Positions 8,498 through 18,121 are shown, counted from the first letter of the stretch. The stretch is DNA of 32,895 bases from Candidatus Roseilinea sp. (GCA_034434555.1 DAOTYZ010000169.1:1-32895), one strand, 5' to 3'. Made by a program: numbers and translations. Notes: generated from the sequence alone by a model not told the origin.

Positions 8498-8814
8498 AGA
8501 AGGACATTCACCCCAAGTATTACGAGCAAGCGCGCGTGTACGTCGGCGGTGAATTCGTCGGCACGGTTGGCTCCACCAAGCCAGAGCTACATCTGGAAGT
8601 GTGGAGCGGCACCCACCCCTTCTACACCGGTGAGCAGCGCATCATTGACACCGAGGGGCAGGTGGATCGCTTCCAGAAACGCCTGGAGCGCAAGGTCGCC
8701 GAACGGGTGGACAAAGCCGAGAAAGCGCGTCGCCGACGCAGCAAGCGCGCCATCGCCGAGATCGTGGACGAAGAGACGACCGCGACGAGCAGCGAACCCG
8801 CTGCGGAACAATAG
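8494..8814 (+). CDS. rpmE: 50S ribosomal protein L31 (cysteine-free, charged C-terminal extension)
   Basis: MKKDIHPKY...GST...[24 protein letters not shown] overlap with the rpmA stop. Confidence 0.95.
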   Translation: MKKDIHPKYYEQARVYVGGEFVGTVGSTKPELHLEVWSGTHPFYTGEQRIIDTEGQVDRFQKRLERKVAERVDKAEKARRRRSKRAIAEIVDEETTATSSEPAAEQ

Positions 8815-8840
8815 CGACGCCAGGGCCGTTCTTGATTACA

Positions 8841-8876
8841 AAAACGCGCCGTGCACGACCACGGCGCGTTTGCTTT
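8841..8876. terminator. Probable bidirectional terminator between rpmE and the convergent kinase operon
   Basis: AAACGCGCCGTG (8842-8853) / CACGGCGCGTTT (8860-8871) stem with A/T tracts on both sides. Confidence 0.75.
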
Positions 8877-8899
8877 GCCCATCCTCAAAAGTGAGGCTG

Positions 8900-9940
8900 C
8901 TAGGGTGGAGGGAGGCGTGCGCCACAACTGCGGCAGAACTTCTCCGCTCCAAAGGTCGGCTGGCCACACGCTGGGCACACCCGCCGACGCGCAGGGGCCG
9001 GCGGAGGCGGTAGAGGCGGCGTATAGGTCGGCGACGCCGCCGTTGAGGGAGAGGACGCCTGCGTTGCCGGCGGGGGCGACGATTGGCCGAGCCTGAGCGT
9101 GGGTTGCACTGGGCCAGAGGAGAGGCCCGTGGGAGTCGGGGTAATCGGAGCGCCGTTGGCCGTGAGCTGCGCTTGAAGCATGGTGATCTGCGCCAGTTGG
9201 TGGGCGCTCAGTCCCGGCTTGCGCGCGCTGAGCGCCCCGCCCAGCATCGCAACCACCGCCCCGATCAGCGCCACGCCTGCGGCGATGATGGGCGTGCGCG
9301 TGTCAATGAGGTTGAGCAACCCCACCCGTAGCTCTGGTAGCGCGTCGTTGACTGGCATGCCAAGCCCCGGAAAGCCGGCCTGATTCTGGGCAAGCGAAGC
9401 AGCGATCACCGCGTTTAGTCGTTCACTTAGATAAAGCGTCCCGCCGGTCATCACCAGAACCGCAGCGGCGGCGAGCGCGATGAGCAATATCCCCCTGAAC
9501 AGTTGCTCGCCAAAGTAACCGCGCGTGGTCGCCACGATCCAGGCCATCAACAGTGTGAGCGCCGGCAGCACAAAGAAGGCTATCTGAAAGGCGACCAGCG
9601 GGGTGAATAGGCCGCTTGTGCCGTCGGCCACATCGCGCAGGTAGCCCTGTTGGCGTTCGCTCAACTCATAGGGTTTGGCGAACAACGCGCCGTTAGGCTG
9701 GCTTTGTAGCTCGCTCAGGAGCGCGCCGGCCTTGGCCGGGATGACCATCAGTCCGTTCGCCATCATCAGCGCTTCGTAGCCGCTGATGTTCAGGGCGACC
9801 GGCTGGCTATCGGCCGTCAGGTTGATCTGCAAACGCACGAACGGCCGGCTGGGCAACCACAGCAGGACCAGCATCGCCAGCGCCACAGTCAAACTGCCCA
9901 GCGCGCAGATCAGGTTATTGATCAAGCGAACGAAGTCCAC
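8900..9940 (-). CDS. Multi-pass membrane protein with Pro-rich linker and C-terminal zinc ribbon
   Basis: About 4 hydrophobic segments; C-terminal CPACG...FCRSCG. Confidence 0.85.
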   Translation of the reverse strand: MDFVRLINNLICALGSLTVALAMLVLLWLPSRPFVRLQINLTADSQPVALNISGYEALMMANGLMVIPAKAGALLSELQSQPNGALFAKPYELSERQQGYLRDVADGTSGLFTPLVAFQIAFFVLPALTLLMAWIVATTRGYFGEQLFRGILLIALAAAAVLVMTGGTLYLSERLNAVIAASLAQNQAGFPGLGMPVNDALPELRVGLLNLIDTRTPIIAAGVALIGAVVAMLGGALSARKPGLSAHQLAQITMLQAQLTANGAPITPTPTGLSSGPVQPTLRLGQSSPPPATQASSPSTAASPTYTPPLPPPPAPARRRVCPACGQPTFGAEKFCRSCGARLPPP

Positions 9941-9964
9941 AAGCCAGATTTTAGGCCAAACCGC

Positions 9965-11905
9965 CTAAGGTGGCGTGACGAGCACGAAATAACGCCGCAC
10001 GGGGAAGAGCTGCTGGTCTCGATGGATGGTCTCTGTCTCATTGGGAGCGAGCAGCGCGTTACACTGCAGGCCCTGCGCCCTGGCGCTGGTCATCGTCACC
10101 CGAAAATCAACGACCACCACTTGGGCATCCGCTTTCGGCTTAACGCTGGCGTGTAGCCAGCGCTGGTCGCCCGGCGCCCATTGGACAACATAGGACTCCG
10201 CGATCGGATAGCTGATCGGCAGTTGCGACGGCAGGCAGGTCTGATAGGAGGTCACCTGGCTACAGCGACTGCGCGGCGTGATCAAACGCGCGTATGACGC
10301 AACGCCGAAGTTACAGTCGTCTGGCTCGCTGTTGATGACCTGGTTGTTCACGTTGATCAGGCTGATCTCCTCGACTTCCTGGAAGGAGACCGTGATCGAG
10401 CCGGCATCGGCAGGCACGCCGCCGGCGTTGCTGCCCCAGATGATGACGTCGAAGCGCTCGCCGGCGCGGACGCTGCCGGGGATAGCGATGCCATCAATGC
10501 GCGGTGCCGGTAGGTTGCCCTCGCCTTTGGCCGGCGGCAGCACCACGACTTTCGTTGGGGTGGGGGTCGGGATAGGTGTAGGGGTCGCGGTCGGCCTCGG
10601 CGTCGGCGTGGCTGTGGGGGTTGCCGTTGGCCTGGGCGTCGGTGTGGCTGTGGGGGTCGCTGTTGGCCTGGGCGTTGGGGTGGACGCGGGGGTTGCGGTC
10701 GGTCGGGTCGGCGACGGCGTCGCCGAAGGCGTTGCCGTTGGCCGGGTCGGCGTGGGCAAGGGTCGGGTCGCCGTCGGCGCAGGCGGCTGGGTCGGGATTG
10801 GGCTGGGCGTGGGCGATGGTCGGATTGTGGGCAGGGCAGCGGGTGTGGAGGCGCGGGGTGATGGCTGCTGCGTCGGAGACGGTGCGTCTGTGGGTTGCGG
10901 CGGGCTGGTCGGCGTGCTCGTCGGCAGCAAAACGCTGGCCGCGGCTGTCGTCGGCGCGCGGTCGTCGCCGGCTGCCTCAAACGGGAGCGAGAAGCCGAAG
11001 GCGCTGCTGAGCATAAAAGCCACCCCCCCGCATAGCAGAAGCGCGATCACCAGCCCGCCGATGGCCAGCCCGACCTGAGCGCCCCGCGAGACGCCGCCAA
11101 TCCCTCTGCGGCGCAGCGCTCGGCGGAACTCCTCGACGGTTTGAAAGCGTTTGCCTATCTCTAGCTGCGTGGCGCGCGCGATCGCATCGGCGACGTGCGG
11201 GCTGACGGCCTTGAGATCGCCGTGGACGCGGTCGGCGCGCGGCAATACAAACGGCGTCAAGCTCGGGTCATAACCGGTGAGGGCGTGGAGCAGCGTCGCG
11301 CCCAGCGAGTAGATGTCGCTATAAGGCCCGGTCTGGCCTTTGCCGTGTTGCTCAGGCGGGGCGTAGCCGGCCGTGCCCAGCGGCTCCGTGTCTGCGGCCT
11401 TGTCCTGTTTGAACGTCCGGGCAATCCCGAAGTCAATCAATTTAATGCGGTCGCCGGCAGTGAGGATAATGTTGCGGGGCGTCAGGTCGCGGTAGATGAT
11501 CGGCGGATCTTGGCTGTGCAGGTAGCCCAGCACATCGCAGAGCTGATCGGCCAAGTCAAGCACCTGCGCTTCGGGCAGGCCATACCACTGCCCAACCATC
11601 CGCTCCGCCAGCGTCTCGCCCTGGACGTACTCGGTGACGAGCACAGGTTTGCCCTCGTCGCTCACAAAGTAATCAATCACTTGGACGATGCCGGGATGAC
11701 TGAGCTGGGCGAGCATGCGCGCGGAGGTCTCGAACTGTTGAAGCGATGCCTCAGACGAATCCGCGGCCAGCTTAAAGACCTTAACGACCACCTGGCGGTT
11801 GAATGTGCGCGTATCGGCGGCCAGATAGACAGTGGACTGTCCGCCATCGGCCAGCCAGCGGATGATCTCGTAGCGCTCGTTGAGGGTCGTCCCTGGTGTC
11901 AGCAT
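9965..11905 (-). CDS. Hanks-type Ser/Thr kinase-like protein with TM helix, Pro/Thr linker and Cys-containing extracellular domain
   Basis: VVVK, HPGIV, IIYRDLTPRN, LIDFGIAR, GTAGYAPPEQ, SDIYSLG; TM segment; PT repeats. Confidence 0.93.
   Translation of the reverse strand: MLTPGTTLNERYEIIRWLADGGQSTVYLAADTRTFNRQVVVKVFKLAADSSEASLQQFETSARMLAQLSHPGIVQVIDYFVSDEGKPVLVTEYVQGETLAERMVGQWYGLPEAQVLDLADQLCDVLGYLHSQDPPIIYRDLTPRNIILTAGDRIKLIDFGIARTFKQDKAADTEPLGTAGYAPPEQHGKGQTGPYSDIYSLGATLLHALTGYDPSLTPFVLPRADRVHGDLKAVSPHVADAIARATQLEIGKRFQTVEEFRRALRRRGIGGVSRGAQVGLAIGGLVIALLLCGGVAFMLSSAFGFSLPFEAAGDDRAPTTAAASVLLPTSTPTSPPQPTDAPSPTQQPSPRASTPAALPTIRPSPTPSPIPTQPPAPTATRPLPTPTRPTATPSATPSPTRPTATPASTPTPRPTATPTATPTPRPTATPTATPTPRPTATPTPIPTPTPTKVVVLPPAKGEGNLPAPRIDGIAIPGSVRAGERFDVIIWGSNAGGVPADAGSITVSFQEVEEISLINVNNQVINSEPDDCNFGVASYARLITPRSRCSQVTSYQTCLPSQLPISYPIAESYVVQWAPGDQRWLHASVKPKADAQVVVVDFRVTMTSARAQGLQCNALLAPNETETIHRDQQLFPVRRYFVLVTPP
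10555..10810 (-). repeat. Coding Pro/Thr tandem repeats (TPTPRPTATPTA-like, ~36-nt period)
   Basis: Repeated PTATPTPRPTAT in the kinase linker, with synonymous variation between units. Confidence 0.9.
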
Positions 11906-11926
11906 ACCGCGCCATCCATTCTTGCA

Positions 11927-12982
11927 CTAGGAGGCCGGCGTAGGTGTTGGCTCCGCTGGTGGGCTGTTGGCCGGCTCTTCAGGCGTCGAGGCGGGCTCCG
12001 CGACCTGTACGGCGCGCGCGTCGGACTCGTTGGGCCAAGCGCCGGTGGCGCTGGCCAGCATCAGCCAAATACCACCACCCAGCAGGGCGATGACCAGGAT
12101 CAGCCCCGCGAAGGCTGCTATGTGGGCCTTGCGTAGCTGCGCGCGACCAGCGTTGAGCGCGAGGCCACGCGCACGCGCACGGCGGATGGCCTGTCGGAAC
12201 TCCTCTACCGTTTGAAAGCGGTCTTGGACGTTAAGTTGGGTCGCTTTCTCGATGGCGTCGGCCAGCGGCCTGCTGATCGTCCTGAGGTTGGGGTGAACTG
12301 CATCGGCCCGCGGCAGCATGAACGGGGTCAGGCTGGGGTCGTAGCCGCTCACCGCGTAGAGCAGCGTTGCCCCTAGCGAGTAAACGTCGCTGTATGGTCC
12401 GGTCTGTAAGTTGCCGTATTGCTCCGGCGCGGCGTAGCCGGTTGTCCCCAGCGGTTCGGTATCTGAGGTTTTGCCGGCCTTCATGGTGCGGGCGATGCCG
12501 AAGTCAATTAACTTGATCCGCCCGCTGGGTGAGATGATGATGTTGCCCGGCGTTAGATCGCGATAGATCACCGGCGGATTTTGGCTGTGCAGATAGCTCA
12601 GCACATCGCAGAGCTGCTCGGCTATGTCCAGCACTTGTTCTTCGGGCAAGCCAAAGACTTCCGACTGCATGCGGTGCTGAAGTGTCTCCCCTTCGGCATA
12701 TTCGGTGATCAGCAGCGGCACGCCGTTGTGCAACACGTATTCGATCACTTGGACGATGCCCGGATGATGGAGCTGGGCCAACATGCGGGCCGATGCCTCG
12801 AACTGGCGCAGCGCTGCTTCGCGCGAGGCCGGCGTGCCGAGGCCGAGCTTAAACTGCTTGACCACCACGCGATGGCCGAAGGCGTTCTGGTCGGCGGCCA
12901 GGTAGACGACGGATTGCCCCCCCTCGGCGAGTTTCTCGATGATCCGATAACGGTTGTTGATGAGCTGGCCTACCGTGAGCAT
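11927..12982 (-). CDS. Hanks-type Ser/Thr kinase-like protein, single TM, short tail (paralog of 9965-11905)
   Basis: VVVK, VIYRDLTPGN, LIDFGIAR, GTTGYAAPEQ, SDVYSLG; DTEPLGT shared with the neighbouring kinase. Confidence 0.93.
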   Translation of the reverse strand: MLTVGQLINNRYRIIEKLAEGGQSVVYLAADQNAFGHRVVVKQFKLGLGTPASREAALRQFEASARMLAQLHHPGIVQVIEYVLHNGVPLLITEYAEGETLQHRMQSEVFGLPEEQVLDIAEQLCDVLSYLHSQNPPVIYRDLTPGNIIISPSGRIKLIDFGIARTMKAGKTSDTEPLGTTGYAAPEQYGNLQTGPYSDVYSLGATLLYAVSGYDPSLTPFMLPRADAVHPNLRTISRPLADAIEKATQLNVQDRFQTVEEFRQAIRRARARGLALNAGRAQLRKAHIAAFAGLILVIALLGGGIWLMLASATGAWPNESDARAVQVAEPASTPEEPANSPPAEPTPTPAS

Positions 12983-13000
12983 AGGCGGCGCAAAGGCGGG

Positions 13001-13555
13001 CTATTCATCGGTTGGCGCATTGGCTATCTCAAACGTCACCGCGCAACGGCCAAACTCTATCTGGTCGCCGGTGCACAACAACACCGGCTGGCCGGCCTCG
13101 ATGCGCGTGCCGTTGATCCGCGTCCAGTTGGTTGTGGTCAGGCTAACGATTGTGGGTTGGTTGCCGGCGCTCAGCGTGATGCGGGCGTGCCGTCGCGATA
13201 CTGTCCTGTCTGGGTCGTAATCCGTCAGGTCAACATCGGGATAAATGTTGCTCACCGGGTCTTCGCGGCCAATAAGCCAGGTGTTGGTTGGGTTTGGCGG
13301 GAAGCGAATAATGCTGCCGGTGCGGCTGACGAAGTGCAAGACGACCTGGGTTCTCCTACGTGGTGGTTGCTGTGGGCTGCCGACGAGCGGCGCGCCGCAT
13401 TCGCCGCAGAACTTGCTGCCCTCGGGGTTGACGTAGCCACAGCGTGGGCACGTCAACTGCACGGCAGTGACGACCTGTTCCGATAGGCGCGTCCCGCACT
13501 GGTTACAAAACCGCGCGCCATCCGGTTGCTCTGCACCACAGTTCGGACAAATCAT
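13001..13555 (-). CDS. Double zinc-ribbon + FHA domain protein
   Basis: CPNCG..FCNQCG, CPRCG..FCGECG; FHA motifs IGR...PDVDL...VSRRHA...TNWTRING; GGAGGG RBS. Confidence 0.93.
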   Translation of the reverse strand: MICPNCGAEQPDGARFCNQCGTRLSEQVVTAVQLTCPRCGYVNPEGSKFCGECGAPLVGSPQQPPRRRTQVVLHFVSRTGSIIRFPPNPTNTWLIGREDPVSNIYPDVDLTDYDPDRTVSRRHARITLSAGNQPTIVSLTTTNWTRINGTRIEAGQPVLLCTGDQIEFGRCAVTFEIANAPTDE

Positions 13556-13585
13556 TTCCCCTCCTTCACGATTGCGAGCGCTGGC

Positions 13586-15505
13586 CTACATATTCAGGCG
13601 CTGCGTGCGTCGCCCTTGCTGAAAGACGAGCTTGGTCATGCCCACTTCGATCTCGGCGTCCTCCGGCAGCGGCGTGCGCGTCTTGATCTGCAACGGCACG
13701 CGGTTCACGCGTGTGCCGTTGGCTGTGCCTTCATCGAGGATATAAAACTGTTGGGTGGCTGGGTCGCGCGTGATCTGAAAGTGGCGGCTGGATATATACG
13801 GGTCGCTCATGAGCACCACTTCGCATTGCGACGGGTCGCGCCCAACCCACACCACGTCTGACCCAATCGGGAGCGTTGAGCCGGTCATCGGCCCGGAGAC
13901 CACCCTCAGCTCGGCGATTGGCTGGCGATTCAGCCCCAGACGCTGGGTGACCATGCGAATGCCGCTCTGCACGCTTCTGGCCATGTTGGCGCGGATGACG
14001 GCCAACTGGTCGCTGTAGCGGCGGTTCATAATGATCAGCGCCACGATCAGGCCAAAGGTGATCAGGGCCAACGCGCACAAACTGGCGGCCAGCGCCGTAT
14101 TCTGGCGCAGCCACTGGTCAAAGGAAGGTGCCTCGGTCGGCACGAAGGGCACCGCCGGCACCGAAGCCACCTGTAGGGTGGTGCGCACGGACGGGCTGTT
14201 GGTCGTCGTTTGCAGGTACGAGTCGGTGGCGATGGCCTGGAAGGCATAGGGCAGGGTCTTGGTGACGATGCCGCGATCTTCCTTGGGGGGCTGCCAGACC
14301 AGCTCGTAGGGTGGCCCATCCAGCCGGCCAATCGAAGTGCCGTTGGCTAGGAACTCAACGCTCACGCTACGCGGGCGACCGTCGGGGAACTCCACCTGGG
14401 CGGTCAGGGTGATCGGCGCTGCTGGCTCGGCCGTCTCTTGGAAGAACAGCTCGCCCTCCGCCGGCGCAATCAGCCGCACTGTAGGTGGGCGCAGGTTAGA
14501 AGCGAAGCGCACCTCGGCGCTGTCGCTGCCCGCCGGCAGGTTCACCGTCAGGCGGGCGGAGTGCTCGCCGGCTGGCTTAATGCTGTTAAAGCGCAGCACA
14601 TATTGGGCGCGCTGTGAGTCTATCCGTTGGTAGGCCGCTCGCAATTGTCGCTCTGCCTCGTCCTGCGGCACGCTGGAATCCAGCAGTACGTAGCTGCCGT
14701 TGGTCTGGGCGGCGAGCGCGCTCATGTTGGTGAATTCGCGCGGGCCGCGCTGATTGACTTGAATGGCGAAGATGGCGATGCCGGCTTCGTTGGCGCGCCG
14801 CAGGATGTCGCCGCGGATGCCCTCGTCGCTGAACTTGTTGTCGGCCCCATCCGAGAAGAGCACGATCACCTTGCGCCGCTGCTCCAGCGCGGAGCGCACA
14901 GCAGCGTCGGGGTTGCGCGTCAGCAAGTTGAGCGCCTGGTTCAGGCCATCGAACAGCGCCGAGGTGCGCTCTATGGCGAGTTGTGGGATCGCCTGTAGGC
15001 GGGATGCGACCAAGTTGAGGTCGTTGGTCGGCGCGACGATCTCGCCAAACTTATTTTGGTCTGTGCCGACTGTGATGACGAGGCCGAGGTAATCTTGGCC
15101 GCTGCTATTGGCGGCCAGGGTTTGCACGAATTGCTGTGCCGCGCGCCGGACGTTCTCGGTGTTCACCACGCCGTAATCGCGGGTGTTGTTCAGGCCGGCC
15201 AGGTCGGCCACAATCATGGCAGCCACACCGGCGTTGCTGGCTTCTAGGCCGGTGATGGGGATCGGGCTGCCATCGGCCAAATCCGTGAGCGCGAAGTTCT
15301 GCGCGCTCAGCCCTGTGGCTGCGCTGCCATCCGGCAGGATCACTGCTGCGGTGAGCGTGTAGTCCGGCGCCTGGCTGTTGTCCACGCGCTTGATCTCCAG
15401 GGTCGGGGCGCTGAGCTGGGCGCGCGACAGGCCGGCAGCCCAGAAAAGCAGCGCCAAGAGAGCCAGCGCACATCGAAGGAAGGGCCTGGGTGAAATCTGC
15501 TTCAT
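13586..15505 (-). CDS. Signal peptide - VWA-like - Ig-like - TM - cytoplasmic FHA protein
   Basis: Signal peptide; SALFDGL, IVLFSDGADN, LAAQTNG (VWA-like, DxSxS degenerate); PPTVRL..P/VEFLANG/PPY Ig-like; TM; VGRD..ISSRH..TANGT FHA. Confidence 0.88.
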   Translation of the reverse strand: MKQISPRPFLRCALALLALLFWAAGLSRAQLSAPTLEIKRVDNSQAPDYTLTAAVILPDGSAATGLSAQNFALTDLADGSPIPITGLEASNAGVAAMIVADLAGLNNTRDYGVVNTENVRRAAQQFVQTLAANSSGQDYLGLVITVGTDQNKFGEIVAPTNDLNLVASRLQAIPQLAIERTSALFDGLNQALNLLTRNPDAAVRSALEQRRKVIVLFSDGADNKFSDEGIRGDILRRANEAGIAIFAIQVNQRGPREFTNMSALAAQTNGSYVLLDSSVPQDEAERQLRAAYQRIDSQRAQYVLRFNSIKPAGEHSARLTVNLPAGSDSAEVRFASNLRPPTVRLIAPAEGELFFQETAEPAAPITLTAQVEFPDGRPRSVSVEFLANGTSIGRLDGPPYELVWQPPKEDRGIVTKTLPYAFQAIATDSYLQTTTNSPSVRTTLQVASVPAVPFVPTEAPSFDQWLRQNTALAASLCALALITFGLIVALIIMNRRYSDQLAVIRANMARSVQSGIRMVTQRLGLNRQPIAELRVVSGPMTGSTLPIGSDVVWVGRDPSQCEVVLMSDPYISSRHFQITRDPATQQFYILDEGTANGTRVNRVPLQIKTRTPLPEDAEIEVGMTKLVFQQGRRTQRLNM

Positions 15506-15550
15506 CTCTACATCCGCTCCGCTAAGCTTGTCTGTGTTAGATGGCCTGGT

Positions 15551-17071
15551 TCACCAGAATCGGGCGATGGCCACGGCGATATTATCTTCGCCCCCGTTGG
15601 CGTTTGCCAGGTCTATCAGGCGGTCGCAGGCCACTTGTGCATTGGGCGAGATGCGCAGCATCTCGCGGATGGCATCGTCGCGCACCATCTCCCATAAGCC
15701 ATCTGAACATACCATTAACCAATCGCCAGCCTGGATGCTCACCGGCGCCAGGTCGTCGCTGACGCCGGCTGTGGGGTCGCCCAGCGAGCGATAGATCAGG
15801 CTGCGTTCGGGGTGCGTATAGCGGTCCTCGTCGCGCAGCAGGCCGGCGTCCACCAGCGATTGCACCAGCGAGTGATCTTTGGTCAACCGGATCAACGGGC
15901 AGTCTGTTTCCTGCGAGCGCCAGAGATAGATGCGGCTATCTCCCACGTTGCCGAGATAAGCGCGACCATCTACCACCAGCGCAAAGGCGAGCGTAGAACC
16001 CATTTGGTTGCCCAGACGATTGCCTTCGGCAACGACCGCCGCGTTGATCGCCTGGATCGTCTCGCGCAGCCAGCGAGCGATGACCTCGGCGGACGGGTTG
16101 GGATCGTCGGCGAGCAGGCTGTGGACGGCCTCGGTCAACATGCGGATGGCCAGGTCGCTGGCGACTTCGCCGGCCTCGACGCCGCCCATGCCATCCGCGA
16201 CGGCCAGCAAGACCGCTCGGGGCATCTGGGCATTGGTGGGGGTCGTGACTTGCATGGCGTGTACGCGGTCTTCGTTCTCCGCGCGTACCATGCCGGCGCT
16301 GGTGGCATGGCCCAGCTCCACGTGCGATGGACGCCCGTTGACGCTTGGCGCGGTCGCAGTGCGGCGCAGCCGGTTGAGGAGCATGGCAGCGCTCATCCGC
16401 TCGCCTGGGTCGGCGGCCTGGTGCAGCGCGAAGCGGATGTGCGAGGGCGCCTCGAGTAGACGGGTGTGGGCGAACGCCGTGCACAGCGCCCGCACGTCCG
16501 CATAAGCAGCATCGGGCTGATCGCTCAGCACAACAAGCGTGCCCAGGTTGCGCCAGTGCGCGCCCGCGGCGTTCACGCCAATGTGGCGCATGATGCTCTC
16601 TTCGTCTTTCAGCCCCAACGCCACACCACAATCATGCAGGGCGTTCAAGCCGGCGACCAGTTGCTCGAACCAGGCTTCCCATTGCTTTTTGGACTGCTGG
16701 TTCATCCACGCCACGCTCATCAGGTCCGGCGCGACGACTTCGGGCACGTAATGGCGCACCACGCGCTCGAACCACGGCATCTGAAAGGCAGGGAGCAAGC
16801 GCGCCACGTTGGGCAGCGTAGCAGCCTGCCATCGCTCGCTCAGCAAGAGCGCGCCGGCCAAGTCCAGCGGTGAAAGCCCTTCGTGGAGCAGGAAGAGCGT
16901 TGCCGCGCTATCCAGGACTACCGCCTGGTAGGTGCGCGCGCGGCTGTTGGCCGGCGTGCCTTCGTCGAAGGCTGTGACCGTGTAGGCAACTTTGCGCTCG
17001 GCGTCAATCACGTATTCGCCGACCGGCAACGGATCTGATGCCGTGGAGAGCGTCGCTGTGGACAGGGGCAT
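15551..17071 (-). CDS. PP2C/Stp1-family Ser/Thr phosphatase with a degenerate kinase-like N-terminal region
   Basis: GMVRAENED, VADGMGG, MGST, GNVGDSRIY, LTKDHS, CSDGLW, GGEDNI. Confidence 0.92.
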   Translation of the reverse strand: MPLSTATLSTASDPLPVGEYVIDAERKVAYTVTAFDEGTPANSRARTYQAVVLDSAATLFLLHEGLSPLDLAGALLLSERWQAATLPNVARLLPAFQMPWFERVVRHYVPEVVAPDLMSVAWMNQQSKKQWEAWFEQLVAGLNALHDCGVALGLKDEESIMRHIGVNAAGAHWRNLGTLVVLSDQPDAAYADVRALCTAFAHTRLLEAPSHIRFALHQAADPGERMSAAMLLNRLRRTATAPSVNGRPSHVELGHATSAGMVRAENEDRVHAMQVTTPTNAQMPRAVLLAVADGMGGVEAGEVASDLAIRMLTEAVHSLLADDPNPSAEVIARWLRETIQAINAAVVAEGNRLGNQMGSTLAFALVVDGRAYLGNVGDSRIYLWRSQETDCPLIRLTKDHSLVQSLVDAGLLRDEDRYTHPERSLIYRSLGDPTAGVSDDLAPVSIQAGDWLMVCSDGLWEMVRDDAIREMLRISPNAQVACDRLIDLANANGGEDNIAVAIARFW

Positions 17072-17075
17072 ACCC

Positions 17076-17450
17076 CTAATCTTGTATCACAAATTGAAAT
17101 GTGGCCTGGCGCGATTTGCCCAGCGAGATCACCGCGCCGGAGCGTAGGCGGTTGTGGCGCGCCCGCCGGCCATCCACGAACAGATATTCGCCTTGGAGTA
17201 GGCGGATTTCCCAGGCCCCATCCGCGGCGCGGAACAGCTCGGCATGCTCCTCGGCCAGGTCTGGAGCCGCGCGGCCGGTGAGCCGCTGCCAGGAGGACCG
17301 TCCCAGGCGTAGCGGGGCGCGCAAGGCAATCCAGCGCTTGCCGATCAGCAAACGAGGGCCGCGCTGCCGGCGTCCGAACAACCAGCTCAGCACGCCGCTC
17401 ACGCCGATCAGCGCCGTCAGGGCAAAGTCGTTGTGCCACCAGGTGAACAT
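17076..17450 (-). CDS. Small membrane-anchored FHA-like protein (start re-called at ATG 17450)
   Basis: N-terminal hydrophobic helix; LRLGRS...LAEEHAEL...LFVDG...LRSGAVISLG. Confidence 0.75.
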   Translation of the reverse strand: MFTWWHNDFALTALIGVSGVLSWLFGRRQRGPRLLIGKRWIALRAPLRLGRSSWQRLTGRAAPDLAEEHAELFRAADGAWEIRLLQGEYLFVDGRRARHNRLRSGAVISLGKSRQATFQFVIQD

Positions 17451-17454
17451 GGGT

Positions 17455-18117
17455 CTATCGTGAAAGCCGGCCAAGCAGGGTGGTGATCAGCGACCGACGC
17501 GGTCCATAAACGACCGCAGCCAGGCCGCTCCGCTGGCCGCGTCGCTCGGCGGACGCGATTAAGCGCCGCACGGCATGCTCCGGGCTGTGCGCATACAGCG
17601 CCAGCGCGATGTCGTAATCGTTCGTTGACCGGCTCACTGCCTGTGTGCAGATCAAAATCCGATCTTTGGTCGCCAGCTTGCGTTGGCCGGTTGGCCCCAG
17701 GCGCATGGGGATGAGCTGGCCATCGGCCAGTGCGTGATAGCCGCACACCGACCCCTCGGCGATCCCGTAGCATCGTCCTTCTGTGATTACGGCCAGCAGC
17801 ATGGCGACCGCGCCCCGGCGTGGCTTGTGCGGCACGGCCTGCTGCGCTTGGTCGAGCGTCGCGCGCAGGGCGATCAGCCGATCGACATCGGGCGGGATGG
17901 TCTCATAGACTTGGACGATCCGATCAGCGATGCGTTGGCCAGTAGCCACGTCGCCGTGCGCATCAACCACGGCCATCAGCACGCCGCGCGGTGAGCGCGC
18001 CGCGACATGCAGATCGGGATAGGCGCCGGCAGGCAGGACAGCCGCGCCGACTGCGTATCCGTAAACGCTTTGGTTGGCTGGTTGATTGCGAATCTGCACA
18101 GACGTGCGTTGGCGCAT
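17455..18117 (-). CDS. Degenerate PP2C-like protein (probable pseudophosphatase)
   Basis: PP2C-like motif order with substitutions: LMAVVDAHG, AEGSVCGY, DRILICTQAV, LIASAERRG...AAVV. Confidence 0.65.
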   Translation of the reverse strand: MRQRTSVQIRNQPANQSVYGYAVGAAVLPAGAYPDLHVAARSPRGVLMAVVDAHGDVATGQRIADRIVQVYETIPPDVDRLIALRATLDQAQQAVPHKPRRGAVAMLLAVITEGRCYGIAEGSVCGYHALADGQLIPMRLGPTGQRKLATKDRILICTQAVSRSTNDYDIALALYAHSPEHAVRRLIASAERRGQRSGLAAVVYGPRRSLITTLLGRLSR

Positions 18118-18121
18118 ATCC

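Noticed and set aside
10278..11078. 266-aa Gly/Val-rich plus-strand ORF
   Set aside because: Antisense shadow of the Pro/Thr linker of the kinase.
17417..17520. Frameshift joining the pseudo-PP2C and FHA ORFs
   Set aside because: The stop at 17457-17455 is followed 4 nt later by an ATG (17450) starting a TM-FHA ORF, so two coupled genes is the simpler reading; no slippery site seen.
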